Origin: the human T2T-CHM13v2.0 reference genome, Homo sapiens
DNA length: 64,000 nt
Reading direction: 5' to 3' (one strand)
Assembly (NCBI RefSeq): GCF_009914755.1
Contig: NC_060932.1
Made by a program: the position numbers and the translations under genes. The notes beneath the pieces are model-generated. The model searched no databases and was not told the DNA's origin. It was given only the letters and a program-made list of their open reading frames with translations. This document shows positions 1 through 16,136 of this stretch, one piece after another; the first letter of the stretch is position 1; the number at the start of each line of letters is the position of its first letter.

Positions 1-89
1 ACTGAATATTTATATAAGACTATAGCATGCATGAAAATATACACTCAAATAATACACACATATCATACTGCCTGCCTTGCAATTACGGA

Positions 90-300
90 GCATCTATATT
101 TTAGGAACTTTGCTAAGCACTTTATGAACAAATCATTATGCTGGACTCTCACAACAGTTCTGCAAGGTTATTATTCGCTCTACTTTATGTATAAGGAAAT
201 ATGCTCCAGCAGGTAATGGTTTGTCCAAAGTACACACCAATAAACAGCAGAATCAGGACTAAACCTGAGTGTGTTCAATGACTCAGCTCATGTTCTTTCC
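90..300 (-). mobile_element. MIR SINE, degenerate
   Basis: Resembles reverse MIR core (ctcacaacagttctgcaagg...aaggaaat...ttgtccaaagtacac). Confidence 0.55.
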
Positions 301-1799
301 TCCGCGTGGTTCTGTCTTTCACCTGGAAATAATTAAAATGTTATGGGGAAATATCTGCCAACTTGTGCTACTTGTTTGCTTATTTTACTGGTTCTTGTGT
401 TTAAGTCTTAAACAACTTAAACTTTTGTATTTAAAGTCTTAAAATGAACTTTCACTAAATTGATCTTTCAGATAAAGAAGATTTTTATCAATTCTGCAAG
501 CTACAGATAAAACTAATAATCAACTGGAAATTAACTAGCATTGCTAAACCAGCTCTGCTTACTGTTATCCTCCCTGGATCAGAATGTTACCAGTGGTTAC
601 TTGGACATGTAAGTCTTGCCTTAATATAGTAGGAGCAAAAATCCTACTGATCCCTCAGTGAGACAGTTTGGTTAAGAGTGACGAAAATACTAAGTGGACA
701 GATGTGTCTACCCAATTATTTCAGTTGGACAGACCTAGCCTTAGTACCCAACACACATTTTGAAATAGCCTCGTACTTTTTAAGAAACAAGTTACTATGG
801 ACAACTTTCTAACTAATGTTTGATATGAACATTTCATTTTCATGAGAGTCTGTAAAAGATGCTAAGAGTTCTGATTGCAGGGAATCCAAACTCCAAGCCT
901 GGGGATCACTGTGATGTGTTCCAGATTCATTCTCATCTGTCCTGTGTGGTTAGTGGGAGCTACCCCAACCCTGACCTGACTCATTCCACAACTATCCCCT
1001 CACATTCATACTTCTGTGATCTTAGGTCATGGGATAAATCTTCTTGGATTTCCCCCTCCCACACCCTGCCCTTTTCTTACAATCACTGGTACCACCCACT
1101 GCCAGCCTCTTCCTTCCCAGGAGAGCTGAATGGCAGCCACCTTTGACATTATAACAGACTGGAAGATGGGAAAAGGCTACACAGAAATGACCAAACTGGC
1201 TCTCGGAAACACGCTTAAGAAGCTGTCTAATCCAACCTGAGTTTAGGAGACTTTCCAAATGTTCCATAGTTCCCTGTGTTGGAAGGATCACTATGCATCA
1301 GGCATTACATAAGATCCAGCTCATACATGAACCTACCTAATCCTTTTGATTTCCCTATCAGTATCCTAAAGTTATTGATGAAGACACCAAGGATCAGGGA
1401 AGTTAATTTACTTGCCCAAGTTGGAGTCAAGACTTTGCCTGACCCCAAAGCATGTGTTCTTCCCACACTCCACTACCTTAAATCACTGAGATATTCACTG
1501 AGTGTGAAAAAGATTAGTCCCCCTTGCATGCCTACTAGTCTAGACCTTCCACCAAGTTTTCCCTATCAAAGACCCAAAGCTGTTATTCAAAAGATGTGTG
1601 AATATTTTATTCTAAAATATTACACTCGGAGCGATCTGCCCAACCACAGAATGTATTCCATACCCTATTGGAAAGCTTTAAGTTTTTTTCTGTGCCATTA
1701 GGATAGAGATGTCACGAATATGCATGCTGAGGTGGGCACCAACAGTCTTTTCAACTGCAGGAAAACATTTTAAATTAAGAGTTTTAGAATGTATATATT

Positions 1800-2225
1800 T
1801 GAAAATAAGCCAAGCACAGAAAGGTAAATACCACATGGTTTCATTCTTTTGCGGAAGCTGAAAAAGTTAATCTCATAGAAGTAGAGAGTAGAATAGTGGT
1901 TAACAGAGGTGAGGAAAGTTAGGAGGGAGATGAGGATAGCCAGAGGAGGTTAACTGAGGCAAAATTACAGCTAGGTAGGAGAAATACATTCTAGTGTTCT
2001 ATAGCACTACAGGGTGACTATAGTTAACAATTCATTATGCATTTTCGAATAGCTACAAGAGGGGACCGGGAACGTTTCCAACATAAAGAAATGATAAACG
2101 TTTGAAGTGATGGATTTCCTAATTGCCCTGATTTGATCATTACACATTGTATACATGTATCAAAATATCACACTGTTCTCTATAAATATGTACAATTATA
2201 TGTGTCATTTAAACATAATAAATGA
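1800..2225 (+). mobile_element. L1MA-type LINE-1 3' end fragment
   Basis: gaaaataagccaagcacagaaag...catagaagtagagagtagaatagtggt...ccctgatttgatcattacacattgtatac, A-rich end. Confidence 0.85.
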
Positions 2226-3950
2226 ATTTAAATAGGTATAATATTTTACTAGAGGTATTTTAATGAAGGGCATCTTGACTTTTAAAACACAGTTAAACAG
2301 TGTTTATTGTAGCAATGCTTGTGACAGTAGGGTGTTAGGGGTTATTAGGGGAGCAGCGAGTAAAACGTGTATGTAGACTTTACCATGCAGCAGTCAGAAT
2401 GCACCAGGGGTACATATGGCTGCATGGATAAATCTTAAAACTGTGCTGAGTGGCAGAAAGTACATATAAATACAACTTAAAATGCATGTAAAATATAAAA
2501 TGTTATTAATATCTTAAATATATATTTTTAAATTATAAATAAAAGAAAATGGCCTGTGTGGCATAGTGTCATTTATATAAATTAAAAATATAGAAAACAA
2601 CACTACATTTTTCAATGTCTACATAATCAATGACATATAATAAACATATTACTGAGTGCTTATAGAGGGGAATGGGAAAAAGGGAGCACAAGAGAGGGGC
2701 TTGCACTGATGGTTGCATACAGAAAGCCAGAAACTGAGGGCTGTGATGACATCAACCTTCTACACTGAAAGGTTAAGAAAAGGGAAAGGAAGGTGAGAAG
2801 GAGGAAAGATGGGCAGAAATACAGGTAGGCAGAGGATGAATACAAGTTATGAATCTAACTCAGAGCTTTGGCTCCACACACTCATTTTAATCTTTTAGTT
2901 CTATTTTTATCTTATAGTGGCATAATATACAATCATCAGTTTCAGAAACTTCTTTTAACAGCGTGCTGAGTGCACACACAGCTCCCCCTCCCCAAGCCCT
3001 GATTAGAAGCCCAGATTGCAGCTTGAATACTAACATACACTGAAAGTGGTACTTGTTGGCATTAGAATTGAACTCTTGGATTTAGTCCCATAAAAAATGC
3101 TCCTTTTTCTTTTTATAAATATATAGACTGGCAGAATATAAACACCACAGAGCAAAGAGATGGAGGAAATGAAAAGAACAGTGGCAAGCTAGCGCTTGGA
3201 TGGGATTTAAAGTCTGAGACTTTCTCCTTTTCCTTACATTCCTCCCCTCCACCCAGGAGATTCAAGGGGTGGCAGTGATTGCAAATTTCCTTCCCTTGGA
3301 CCCCGGAGTCCTCCTGTCTCTTAACCTCAGGCCAGCTGGGGAGGGCTGTGGTGGTTGGGGAAAAAGCCCTCAGGAGCCAGGGCTGGTGAATGAACTCCTA
3401 AACAAACTCTCTATTGACACATCACTAAAAATAAGTATGCTTACATGCATAACACATTTTTGGAACAGTAAACTGAACTCTCTCCTTTATCCTCTCTTGA
3501 GACTTATGTGTCATTCTTATTCAAATTTTTATAAAATAAAATGCAGGTGCAACATCTTCCAGCACTGTAGGTAGTAACTTTTGATGTGATGAATGCACAT
3601 CTGCTGAGAAGTTAAGGAATTGTGGAGAGAGTGGCTGGGTGGTGTATGTCAGCTAGCTAGCCTGTATTCCGGTCAAACGCTGATAAGGCTCACTTGGGCA
3701 TTGCCTTATTTAGTCAGACTTCTCTGCTGAAACACCGGTGCACGGTGACAACTGTGCATGCTATTACAAGGCTTTCTCCTTTCAGTCATCTGCTGACACA
3801 CCAATTAAAAAAAGCGTCTCCATTATTGAAACAGCCTTTCCGACTAGCAACTTTCCTACAAAGAATAAAGATAATGATATTATAAATAAATCTGAATATG
3901 TTTACCTGGCAAAAGAATTCTCATAAGGAATAATACAAATTGAGTTCTAG

Positions 3951-4382
<432 letters not shown>

Positions 4383-4741
4383 TATGGTTACTATTTCTAA
4401 CTGGAGATTTTTTTTTAAACCAACAGGCATTATGGTGTTGTAAAGAGCCTTACACTCAAAGTTAGTGACTTGATCTAGACCTGATTCTGCTATTAACTGC
4501 ACATACACACATACACACACATATACATGAATTTTTCCATATAAATACTATATCTACTTTATGAATTTTTCCATATAAATACTACATATAAATACTATAT
4601 GTATTTAAAATATTTTCTAGAAGTCTAGCATGTGAGCCGGTACTACTTCTAGAATGAGGAAGCTCTTTATGTAATGATATGGAATGAAATCCAATATATA
4701 GTATATTATTAAATTAAAAAAAAGCCTAGGATGCAGTGTTT

Positions 4742-5068
4742 TCTGAGCTAGAATCCTTTATCTGCAACTCCAAGATCTTGAAAGCTTTAAAAATCAATAT
4801 TTCCTTTTTATAAATTTAGTGTCAAAACTTGACAGTAACACCTGAATGCAACTGACATGAGGCTATTTATGATTCTTCTTTATCCCACCTAGTGTGATTA
4901 TTCAGTTTCCCTGGAGAATTAATGTGTCTGATTACTTGGTGTGCTCAGACCCCCTGGGGATATTATGTAATCTGCATTATATGCAACATGTTGCTTTTCT
5001 AAAATCCAGTTCTGAATTCTAAAACATATCTGGACCCAAAAAGTTTTGGATAGCAATTATGGACTTGG
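4742..5068. mobile_element. MER96B-like DNA transposon, apparently nested in an old L1ME fragment
   Basis: aatcctttatctgcaa...gaggctatttat...cagaccccctgggg...ttttggatagcaattatggacttg matches recalled MER96B with degenerate TIRs. Confidence 0.7.
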
Positions 5069-5529
5069 AGCATGTAACCATCTGCATCAAAGAGGATAAA
5101 ACATATTTCTATATATGTAAATAACAGAAAAAGTTTTATGAAGATACTTCACTGCCTTCAGGGAAAGGATTTGGTCAGCTGGAGTGAGGAGGAGATTTAT
5201 CACTCAGTCTATACCATTTTGTACTTTAAAATTTTGAACCATGAACATGTATCATTTATGCAAAAAATACGGAAAGTTAAATGTTTTAAAAATCATCACT
5301 TGTAAATACAGGGCAAGAACCTGGTCTATTTAAAATACATCCTGTTAACTAGCCTTTCATATGCAATGCTTCACACCCATTGCTGGTGGTTACCTTGATC
5401 CATATCCTACTCGGTCACCATAAACTCCCATTTCTCTTGACTGTCACCTTACACATTTCCAAGTCTTTCCGATGCAACTGTCCCTTCCTTTAGAACACTG
5501 TTAACATTTTTTTCTGCGTTTCTTCTTAA

Positions 5530-5850
5530 AATTAATTTTTAATATTTATAATTGACATAATGATTGTACACATTTATGGGGTACAGTGTGATGTTTCAAT
5601 GAGTGTATACATTGCATGATGATCAAATCATGGTCATTACTGTATTTACTACTTTAAACATTGATCATTTCTTAGTGGTGATAACATTCAAAATCTTCTC
5701 TTCTAGCTATCTTAAAAGTATACACTACATTGTTGTTTGCCAGAGGCACCCTACTGTACAACAAAACACCAGAACTTATTCTTCCTAACTGTAACTTTGT
5801 ACCCATTGGCCAACCTCTCCTGATCCCTCTTCCCCACTACCTTCCCCTAC
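5530..5850 (-). mobile_element. L1MA-type LINE-1 3' end fragment
   Basis: attgtacacatttatggggtacagtgtgatg...aacattcaaaatcttctcttctagctat...tgtaactttgtacccatt. Confidence 0.85.
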
Positions 5851-6388
5851 AGTTCATTTCTTAAATGAAACTTGTATCTCCCTAACCTACCTGATTTATA
5901 ATTATGTCTGTAACTCTATAAAACATATAAGTAATTGGCCAGATACATGCTTACTTATTTCTCTTATCTTCTCCATTACACTGGAAATTCATGAAAGCAG
6001 AAATAAAATAATCTGGCTTTAAAATTTTTACTTGGTACAGTCTTTCTTACATTGATGGTTAGTTAAATGGTGTGTATGTTTGATCTTCCTAAAGTGCCTT
6101 CCAGGGCTTGCCCAAACAGTAAGTGAAAAATATTTGCCAAACTGAATTAAGCTTATAAAACACAATCATTTCCCAAGAAAATGGAAAATAAAATGGAAAA
6201 AATAATCAAGGCAGGCTTTTGAAGACTCACACAACACCTGTAATGACAAGAGTCTATGTAGGAGATAGAACCCTAGGCTAACAGGGAGCTACTTTTAATT
6301 TACAACTCTCAAGAGCTGAAACAGCCACTTGTGGTGGAGAAAACCCAGTAATGCTTTTGGAGCTCTTGCATGCATTAGATATGGTTTA

Positions 6389-6691
<303 letters not shown>

Positions 6692-7980
6692 TTACTGTGA
6701 GTTAAAAATTACATTTTTTCTTGTAATGTTAAGGAAAAAAGGTTATCTACTGATTGTTATGAGCCCCAAGGACCTAGGGTTGAAATCTTTAAAAATCATG
6801 GGCTACTAAATTTAGAAACAGCCTAGATCTTTTTCTTAGAATTCTTGAAATCACTTCAAAATGATTTTTGAGAAGGTCACTAAATTGCATTAGTTTGCAC
6901 ATACAATTTAACAATTAGTCTAGTTTCTTTTTTTTTTTTTTAAGGCAGAAAGCGGAGACTTTTAAAGAAGGGTGAAATTCCACTCAGTGACGTGAAATTT
7001 CCGTCTGACTATACATTTCATTCACATCCACTGTTTTGGCACTGGTAACAAACAGTTGCATTCAAAACCAGCAAAAATGAAACAAAATAACTTTTTTTTT
7101 GGAAATTAATCTTATTGAAGAAATTCACTTTCAAACTATGTCCCTATAATCACAAACTAAAGAGAAAACATCTATGTCGTTTTCAATACAAATATGTACT
7201 TGTTTTAGCTGACAATATTTTTTTTTTTCAGCTAGAAAACCCTTGACAACAATTCTAAGTCACCAGTCTCGCTTTACTGCAAAGAAAATTAACTCCAGGG
7301 AAGTCACAATTTATTGGATGTGTTCTATCTGCAAGGTATACAATTATTAAAGAGAACTGGCTGGACTCAGTACAATATTGTCTAATAAGTATTACACCAA
7401 AACAGAGGTCTGTACTGAATGCCATGGAGAAGAGGGCAGATGGAGGCGGGTGGAAAAGCAGCCCCAGGAGGGGCTTTGGCGAGGACAGGTTTCATCTTCC
7501 CATCCTCCGTGGGTTGCTAAGCCTCTGCCACCCTCTGCAGCAGAATTTCAGCTGCACCAGCACTTATGCCTTGCAATTGGCTGTGTACTTATTTGTCTCA
7601 CCCAAGGGCTGCCTCTGAAAACCCATTTCTTCAACAGCATGCATGTCATCAGCAAGGAGTAAGCTCTCAATTAACATCCAGTAAATGAACTAGATTGATG
7701 AACGACTTTGGGGTGAAAATGGGGAAAGTAGAGCCAGACATCCAGAAGGACAGAGGATCACAGTCTATAAGTGGGGAGGTGGGAAGAGTAAGAAAATGGG
7801 GTTGGGCAGGAATGGCAAATGTGGGCAGAAGACAAGAAAACGCAAGAGGGAGAAGGAAAGGATAGTTAAGGAGCACAGGAATAGTCAAGGAAATGCTTTA
7901 CTAGGAAGGTGAAACACAGAGTTAAGCCCATGGACAATTTCTCAAGAGAGATGAATGCATGTCATCTTTGGTAAATACCA

Positions 7981-8062
7981 AGGTTGGTGCAAAAGTAACT
8001 GCAGTTTTTGCAATTAATTAGGTTGGCGCAAAAATAGCAATTACTTTTGCACCAACCTAATA
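7981..8062. mobile_element. MADE1 (Hsmar1-derived MITE)
   Basis: TIRs aggttggtgcaaaagtaa ... ttacttttgcaccaacct, about 80 bp, TA at the right end. Confidence 0.92.
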
Positions 8063-8953
8063 CTAAATAAACAGAAGGTGTGAAACCACAGACTTATGTA
8101 ACTGTAACAGTCTTCAGTTATTTGAATAACCTTTTGTTTGCACATTTCAGGTAAAAGCTTGTAGATATTTTAAGTATGTAGAGAGCTGACTTGGCCTTAA
8201 AAATGACACTCAAACTATGCCCTTCTTTTGTGCATGGAGTGAAGACTTTACCTAAGAGTTTAGTGCTGGGCCAATATGGGCTCACCCATCTGTGAAGGGA
8301 GTGGGGAAGCTGCAGCATAAACTCTGAAAGATACAAGCAAACTAGTCCAAGGAAACACATCTGTACTAAAACCACAGGACCTTGTAAACCAGGCAACCTT
8401 CAGTAACGGGAAAGGACGTTTTCTATAGAAACCTTCCTGTTTTGAGAAAATGGAGCAACAGTCCAGTCAGATTTGATTTTCATTTCTTTACGTGATTAAT
8501 AGGAAATGGCTACTGTGGCTTAACACCATTGCAGTCTGGCAATGCCTGCGTCCAACCCACTGACACCACTAGCTACAGCATGACCTTCTTCAGAGAAAGG
8601 TAACACCACCTTAGCGAGAACAGACGGGCTAACATATTAATAATGGTGATTAATGCTTTGACTGAAAAATAAGCAGAGACAATTCTAAAGGTATTTAAAT
8701 GAAAAATGTGCAATAAACATAACCCTGCAGTAGCACACTAAGAACTGGTGTTCCCACAGTGCTGCTGGTGCCCCCAGCACCTGTATTGGTGCCCTTTTCT
8801 CATCCTCTTTGCTCTACTTAGCACACTCTCTCCCCATTTCTACCTGCCTAAATCCTTGTCATGGTTCAAGATCCAATTCTAACTCCCCTTTCCCCATGAC
8901 CTTTCCTGATGCTGCCGCATGGATAAGCCTTTTGCCCTTACGAACATTACTTA

Positions 8954-11456
<2,503 letters not shown>

Positions 11457-12614
11457 AAAACGTTCTGAAAAACACAACTGATTCCCACATGGCACTTACT
11501 CTCCACCTTGTATCACAGTGATGTGGAATGTTCCACTACTAACTAATATGCCACTTGAGCGCTGGCATTATTCCATGCTCACTTGGAACCCCCTGAATAC
11601 CCAGCAGTGTCTACTCAAGGAAGCGACATCAAACGGCCAATAAGCAAGGGGCTTGGTCTAGGTCTTCCATGAACTGCCACTAATACACACTGCGGAGGGG
11701 TCTGTGGTCACTGACTTCTAGCTCCCTGTGTTTCCTGTGTTTTACCTAATTCTTCTGATGCCATTTTGCAGATTACAAGTTACCCAGCTGCATATGGGGG
11801 AAAAGAATGGCTTCAGTTATTTCCTTAAAGCCTAAACAGACACACTTACAAACGGGTAAAATGAAGATATTTTAATAATCTTAACACAGACGTTTCACAC
11901 TGCTGTTAAAAAACAAACAAACAGAAAAGTAGTGTAAGGAGAATTTCCTACCTAACTTTAATGTTATTTTCTCATACTTTAAATTCTGGCTATTTCTTCT
12001 GAACAGGTTGATCAAAGCCATATGAGGTAGCAACACAGAAATGTAGATGTGTAGGTGGGCAATTGTGTTGAAAAGGGAAATCCAATCAAGTCCTGTTTAG
12101 CAAGGCAAAAAGCAAGACAAAGACACAGGTGTTCAGCTCAAAGCTGTTTAAACTTCATAGCAGATGGCAGGCAGGGGTGAATCAGGCTGGTCTGAGTTTT
12201 AAAAAGGAAGCCTCCATCAAAGAAATCTGTCTTTATAGCCACAGTTTGCACACACCCTAGAGCAGCCTTTGGGAACGTCAAACAGAGGTGTGGTCATACA
12301 AACCACAGGCTGGGATTCTTCCTCATATTTGTATGCAAAGTATTAGGAGAAAATAATTTACTCTTTTCCAGAATTTGGGTAGGAACCTGTACAGCTATCT
12401 TTCTCAGAGACCTGAGAGCCAATGAACTTCTACTACTAATCTAGTAACTGAAAAAATATATATTATGACCTGTATTTCACAAAAGCCTTGGATAATGCCT
12501 CAAAGACACTATTATATCCTTGGATAGGCCCAGTGTGGCAGCAGGAAAACAAATTCACCAAAAATCTCTTGATGTGACCCCATAAGAGTAAGAGCTCCAC
12601 CTGCACAGAGTTTA

Positions 12615-12790
12615 CTAGCGTTGGGCACCGTTCCAAACACTTAACACACACCAATTCATTAAGCACTCATTCTAACCCTGTGAGGAGGTGCCACTAACTA
12701 TCATGCCCATTTTACAGATGGGGAAACTAAGGCTTGGAGAGGTGAAACCGGTTGCTCAAGGCCACTTAAAGTGACAGAACCAAGATCTCA
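12615..12790 (-). mobile_element. MIR SINE
   Basis: cccattttacagatggggaaactaaggc core. Confidence 0.85.
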
Positions 12791-14089
12791 AGTTGCACAG
12801 CTGAACGAACCACTACCCCATCATGCAGAAATATTTCAAAATAATTCCCTAAATTTCTCTGAGTAAAAACCAGGCTGTCATGTTAAAGATTTTATAGGCA
12901 TGCTTTGCCTTTTCTGCCTTCTGTAATACTTGGTGATGCAGCTCACATTCACTTCTTTGATTTCTGGCAACCATAACTGAATTAGAGTTGACTTACCACT
13001 TCTCCTTCCAGGACCAGACTGACCATAAAGAGGGGAGGGCACTTTATCAGAGCTGAAACTATGAGACTATGCCAGGCTTGGACCACTGCCTGTGAGATAT
13101 TTCTGGCAAAAATAGGATAGTCTGGACCCAACTTTTGGAAGACAAAGACACCGGGGGCCAATTGACACCAACCTCCCACTCAAGAGCCAGCAGCCCCTAG
13201 GTTGGGCATGGGGTGTCTCTTTTGTAGAGCGCAGACCAGGGTCCCCCTTCACTGCAGGAAAGGGCTGCCTTCATCTCAGCCCCGACTTCCAAAACACAAT
13301 GCAGGCGTCACTCTGGTCTGTCCTTGGGGGCTGGTGGTGGGGGAAAATCCTGCACACCTGAGGGAACTCCTCTGAATGTGGGAGGCAGGAGCATGAATGG
13401 CCACAAGGGCAATTATGTGAATGTGCTCTACAGCTAGGGCCTGGGGACTTCTCTGTAGCCTGATTTCTTCTCATTGAAGATAAAGTTCCCCACGTGCCAC
13501 CTGCCCTCAGCTCCTGCTCTTTCTGCACTTCTCTCAAGCAGCTGAGTAATAAAACTGATAAATCAAACCTACCTTATTCACCTCTCGAGCTTCATTTCTA
13601 AGTGAAGCATTTGAACACTGTCCAGGTAGACCAGAGACAAGCCAAGACAAAGTCGGCCACGGTGAGGAAACAGGGCCAAAAGCAGGCCCGGATGTCCCTG
13701 TCCTGATTCACGTACTACCAAGACAAAGCAAGTCAAAATGAGCACTAGGCACAAATTCTACAACAATCTCTCTTCTCACAAGAATTCTTCCTCTTCCTCA
13801 GAACAAATTTCTTTTTTGGTGATGCTCCCACACATTGTCTGAACCTCCACGTAGCTATTATTTAACTTCAAGCTGCATTGCTAGTTGTTTACATATTCAT
13901 CTGTCTCTTGGTTATAAATTTCCTGAAGGATAGAGTCCGTATCTTTTTCATTTTGGTTTCTCCCAAGGCACCAAAATGTGTACTTGCTTTACACAGAGCA
14001 GGCATTTGGAAAATGCTGGTTCAAATGATCACAACATTTACTCTAACATGAAATATTTAGTGTCCACTTTCTACTTTAAATTTATTGAC

Positions 14090-14270
14090 TCTTTAAATTT
14101 TCACAATGGTCCTCTGAGTAGCTATTGCTGTTCTTTTCCCATTTTGCTGATGAGGGAGCCTGAGACGTGGAACAGTTAGGCCATCTGCCCAACTCACAGC
14201 ATTGGCAGGGCCAGGGTCTAAACGACTGTCTGGTGGCACAGAGTGTGTGCTTTACCACTAACCACACATG
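14090..14270 (-). mobile_element. MIR SINE, degenerate
   Basis: cccattttgctgatgagggagcctgagac...ctgcccaactcacag. Confidence 0.65.
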
Positions 14271-14734
14271 CTGCTTCTCTGTGCCCTGGACCTACATAAG
14301 TTTGAATGACAATAGCACTTTAGCAGGGAAGAAACAAATGAGAGCTCCTAATCCTCCATGCTTTTGCCCTTGCAGGTCCCTCTGCTTGGAAAGCTTTTCT
14401 CCCCTTTCTATTTCTAGAAACTCCTACTGGTTTCCTTCAGGCCCTGCTCAAGACTCAAGTCTCTAGAAGGTCTCTTGGTTCCTCTAAGTGATTAGGGACC
14501 CTCTGCTGGGCTCATGTATACATTGATGATATAGTCACCCATGTGACTATATGTGTGTGTGTGTATATAGTTCTATATGTGTGTACATATAGTTCTTTGC
14601 TATATCACAGCTCTCATCACCTCATATATTATACGCTGGCTTTCTCAATTTCTCAGCCCAGAACACTCTGAGGACAAACACTGTCTTTTCACAATACTTG
14701 GCATGAAAATATTTAACAATTGTTGGCTGTAACA

Positions 14735-14880
14735 GTTTATTTAGCACCTACTAAGTGCTACTCACTGTGCCAAGGGCACTCACATATACTTGATCTCATT
14801 TAATTCTCCTAAACTCCTGTGAGCTGAGTACCAAATCATCCCATTTTCTGGGTAAGAAATCTAAGGCTTAACAGATCTCA
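14735..14880 (-). mobile_element. MIR SINE
   Basis: tttatttagcacctactaagtgc...atctcatttaattctc...cccattttctgggtaagaaatctaaggct. Confidence 0.75.
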
Positions 14881-15275
14881 TAGACAACACTTGAATAAAA
14901 TCTCCCCCCTCAGCTCAGTTTAATAAGGTCCCAGAGTCTTTCTGGCATTCTTGGCCCTAAACAGAGGGCAGGGCTAGTATCCTGAGGAAAAGCAGGATAT
15001 TCTCTTGCAGCTTGCCTGCAGATGGGTCTCTCGGGTTCTTGCTCCTAGGCCTTGATCTGAAACCTGTTCAAGGAGTGGGTACAGTCCCCAGGTCATGAGT
15101 CAAGAAAACCTCCAAAACTGCAACTCATTGGTTTTAGCTCAAACCACTCAGGCGTTGCGTGTGTGTTTTACCCGAGTCCTGTGAAATCACTATCACTAAC
15201 CACAAAGGACTTTCAGTTACGAATAATCACCATTTCCACGAAAGGGAACAACCTGGTATGTAGCAATCTCAGTAA

Positions 15276-15277
<2 letters not shown>

Positions 15278-15335
<58 letters not shown>
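15278..15335. repeat. (AC)29 perfect microsatellite
   Basis: Read directly. Confidence 0.98.
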
Positions 15336-15338
<3 letters not shown>

Positions 15339-16019
15339 GTATTGGGCTAATAGATGAACTATCAGAAACCCGATTAAATCTTAGCCTAATACTGCCTATT
15401 CTAAATCTCCAAGGAAGAATATTAACTCAAAGGAGATAAATCAAAACCAAGTATTTGGAGTGCCTATAATGTCTTGGTAACTGTGCTGGGTCCCGTGCAA
15501 GGTATAGAAAACAGAGTTATTTTTATTAGCTATATAGTATATACTAATAAGCATAAAGTAAGCCACTGACATCTAAAAATGACCTATTCATAATTATCGC
15601 TTTCTTTCCCAGAGTGGTATAAGCAAACATTTTATTCTGGGTACAAACCCAAAGTTAGTTCTCATTAAAAATGATCCTAACTTGCTTTAGATTTATGCTT
15701 AACTATTGGGAAAAATATTTTATAGCAACTCTATCTGGCTTTAAAGTTCACTAGTTCAGTATTTATTCAGGCTTCTAAAAGTTATTTAGAATTTAAGTGA
15801 GCAGAATATCATATTAATCATAGTGATGCAATGAATGGGGAAAGGAGGAACAGAAAACTCAAAGGAAAAAAGTTCTTCAAAATGTCATGAGAAAATCCAG
15901 TTATGCAAAGCCTATTTTAAATTCTTAAAGGTCTTTATAGCTGCTTGATTCAGGGCCTGCAAATATATCAGCTTGCCTAAAAATTTCATTTTTTTCTACC
16001 AAGAAATCCCTCTTCCCTT

Positions 16020-16136
16020 TCTCAACTTAAGATATAATTGACAAATAAATATTGTATATATTTATAGCGTATAATGTGATGCTTTGATATATGGATACAC
16101 TGCAGAATTATTAAATCAAGCTAATAAATATATCCA
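16020..16136 (-). mobile_element. Short L1MA-type 3' end fragment
   Basis: gatataattgacaaataaatattgtatatattta...aaatcaagctaat. Confidence 0.7.
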
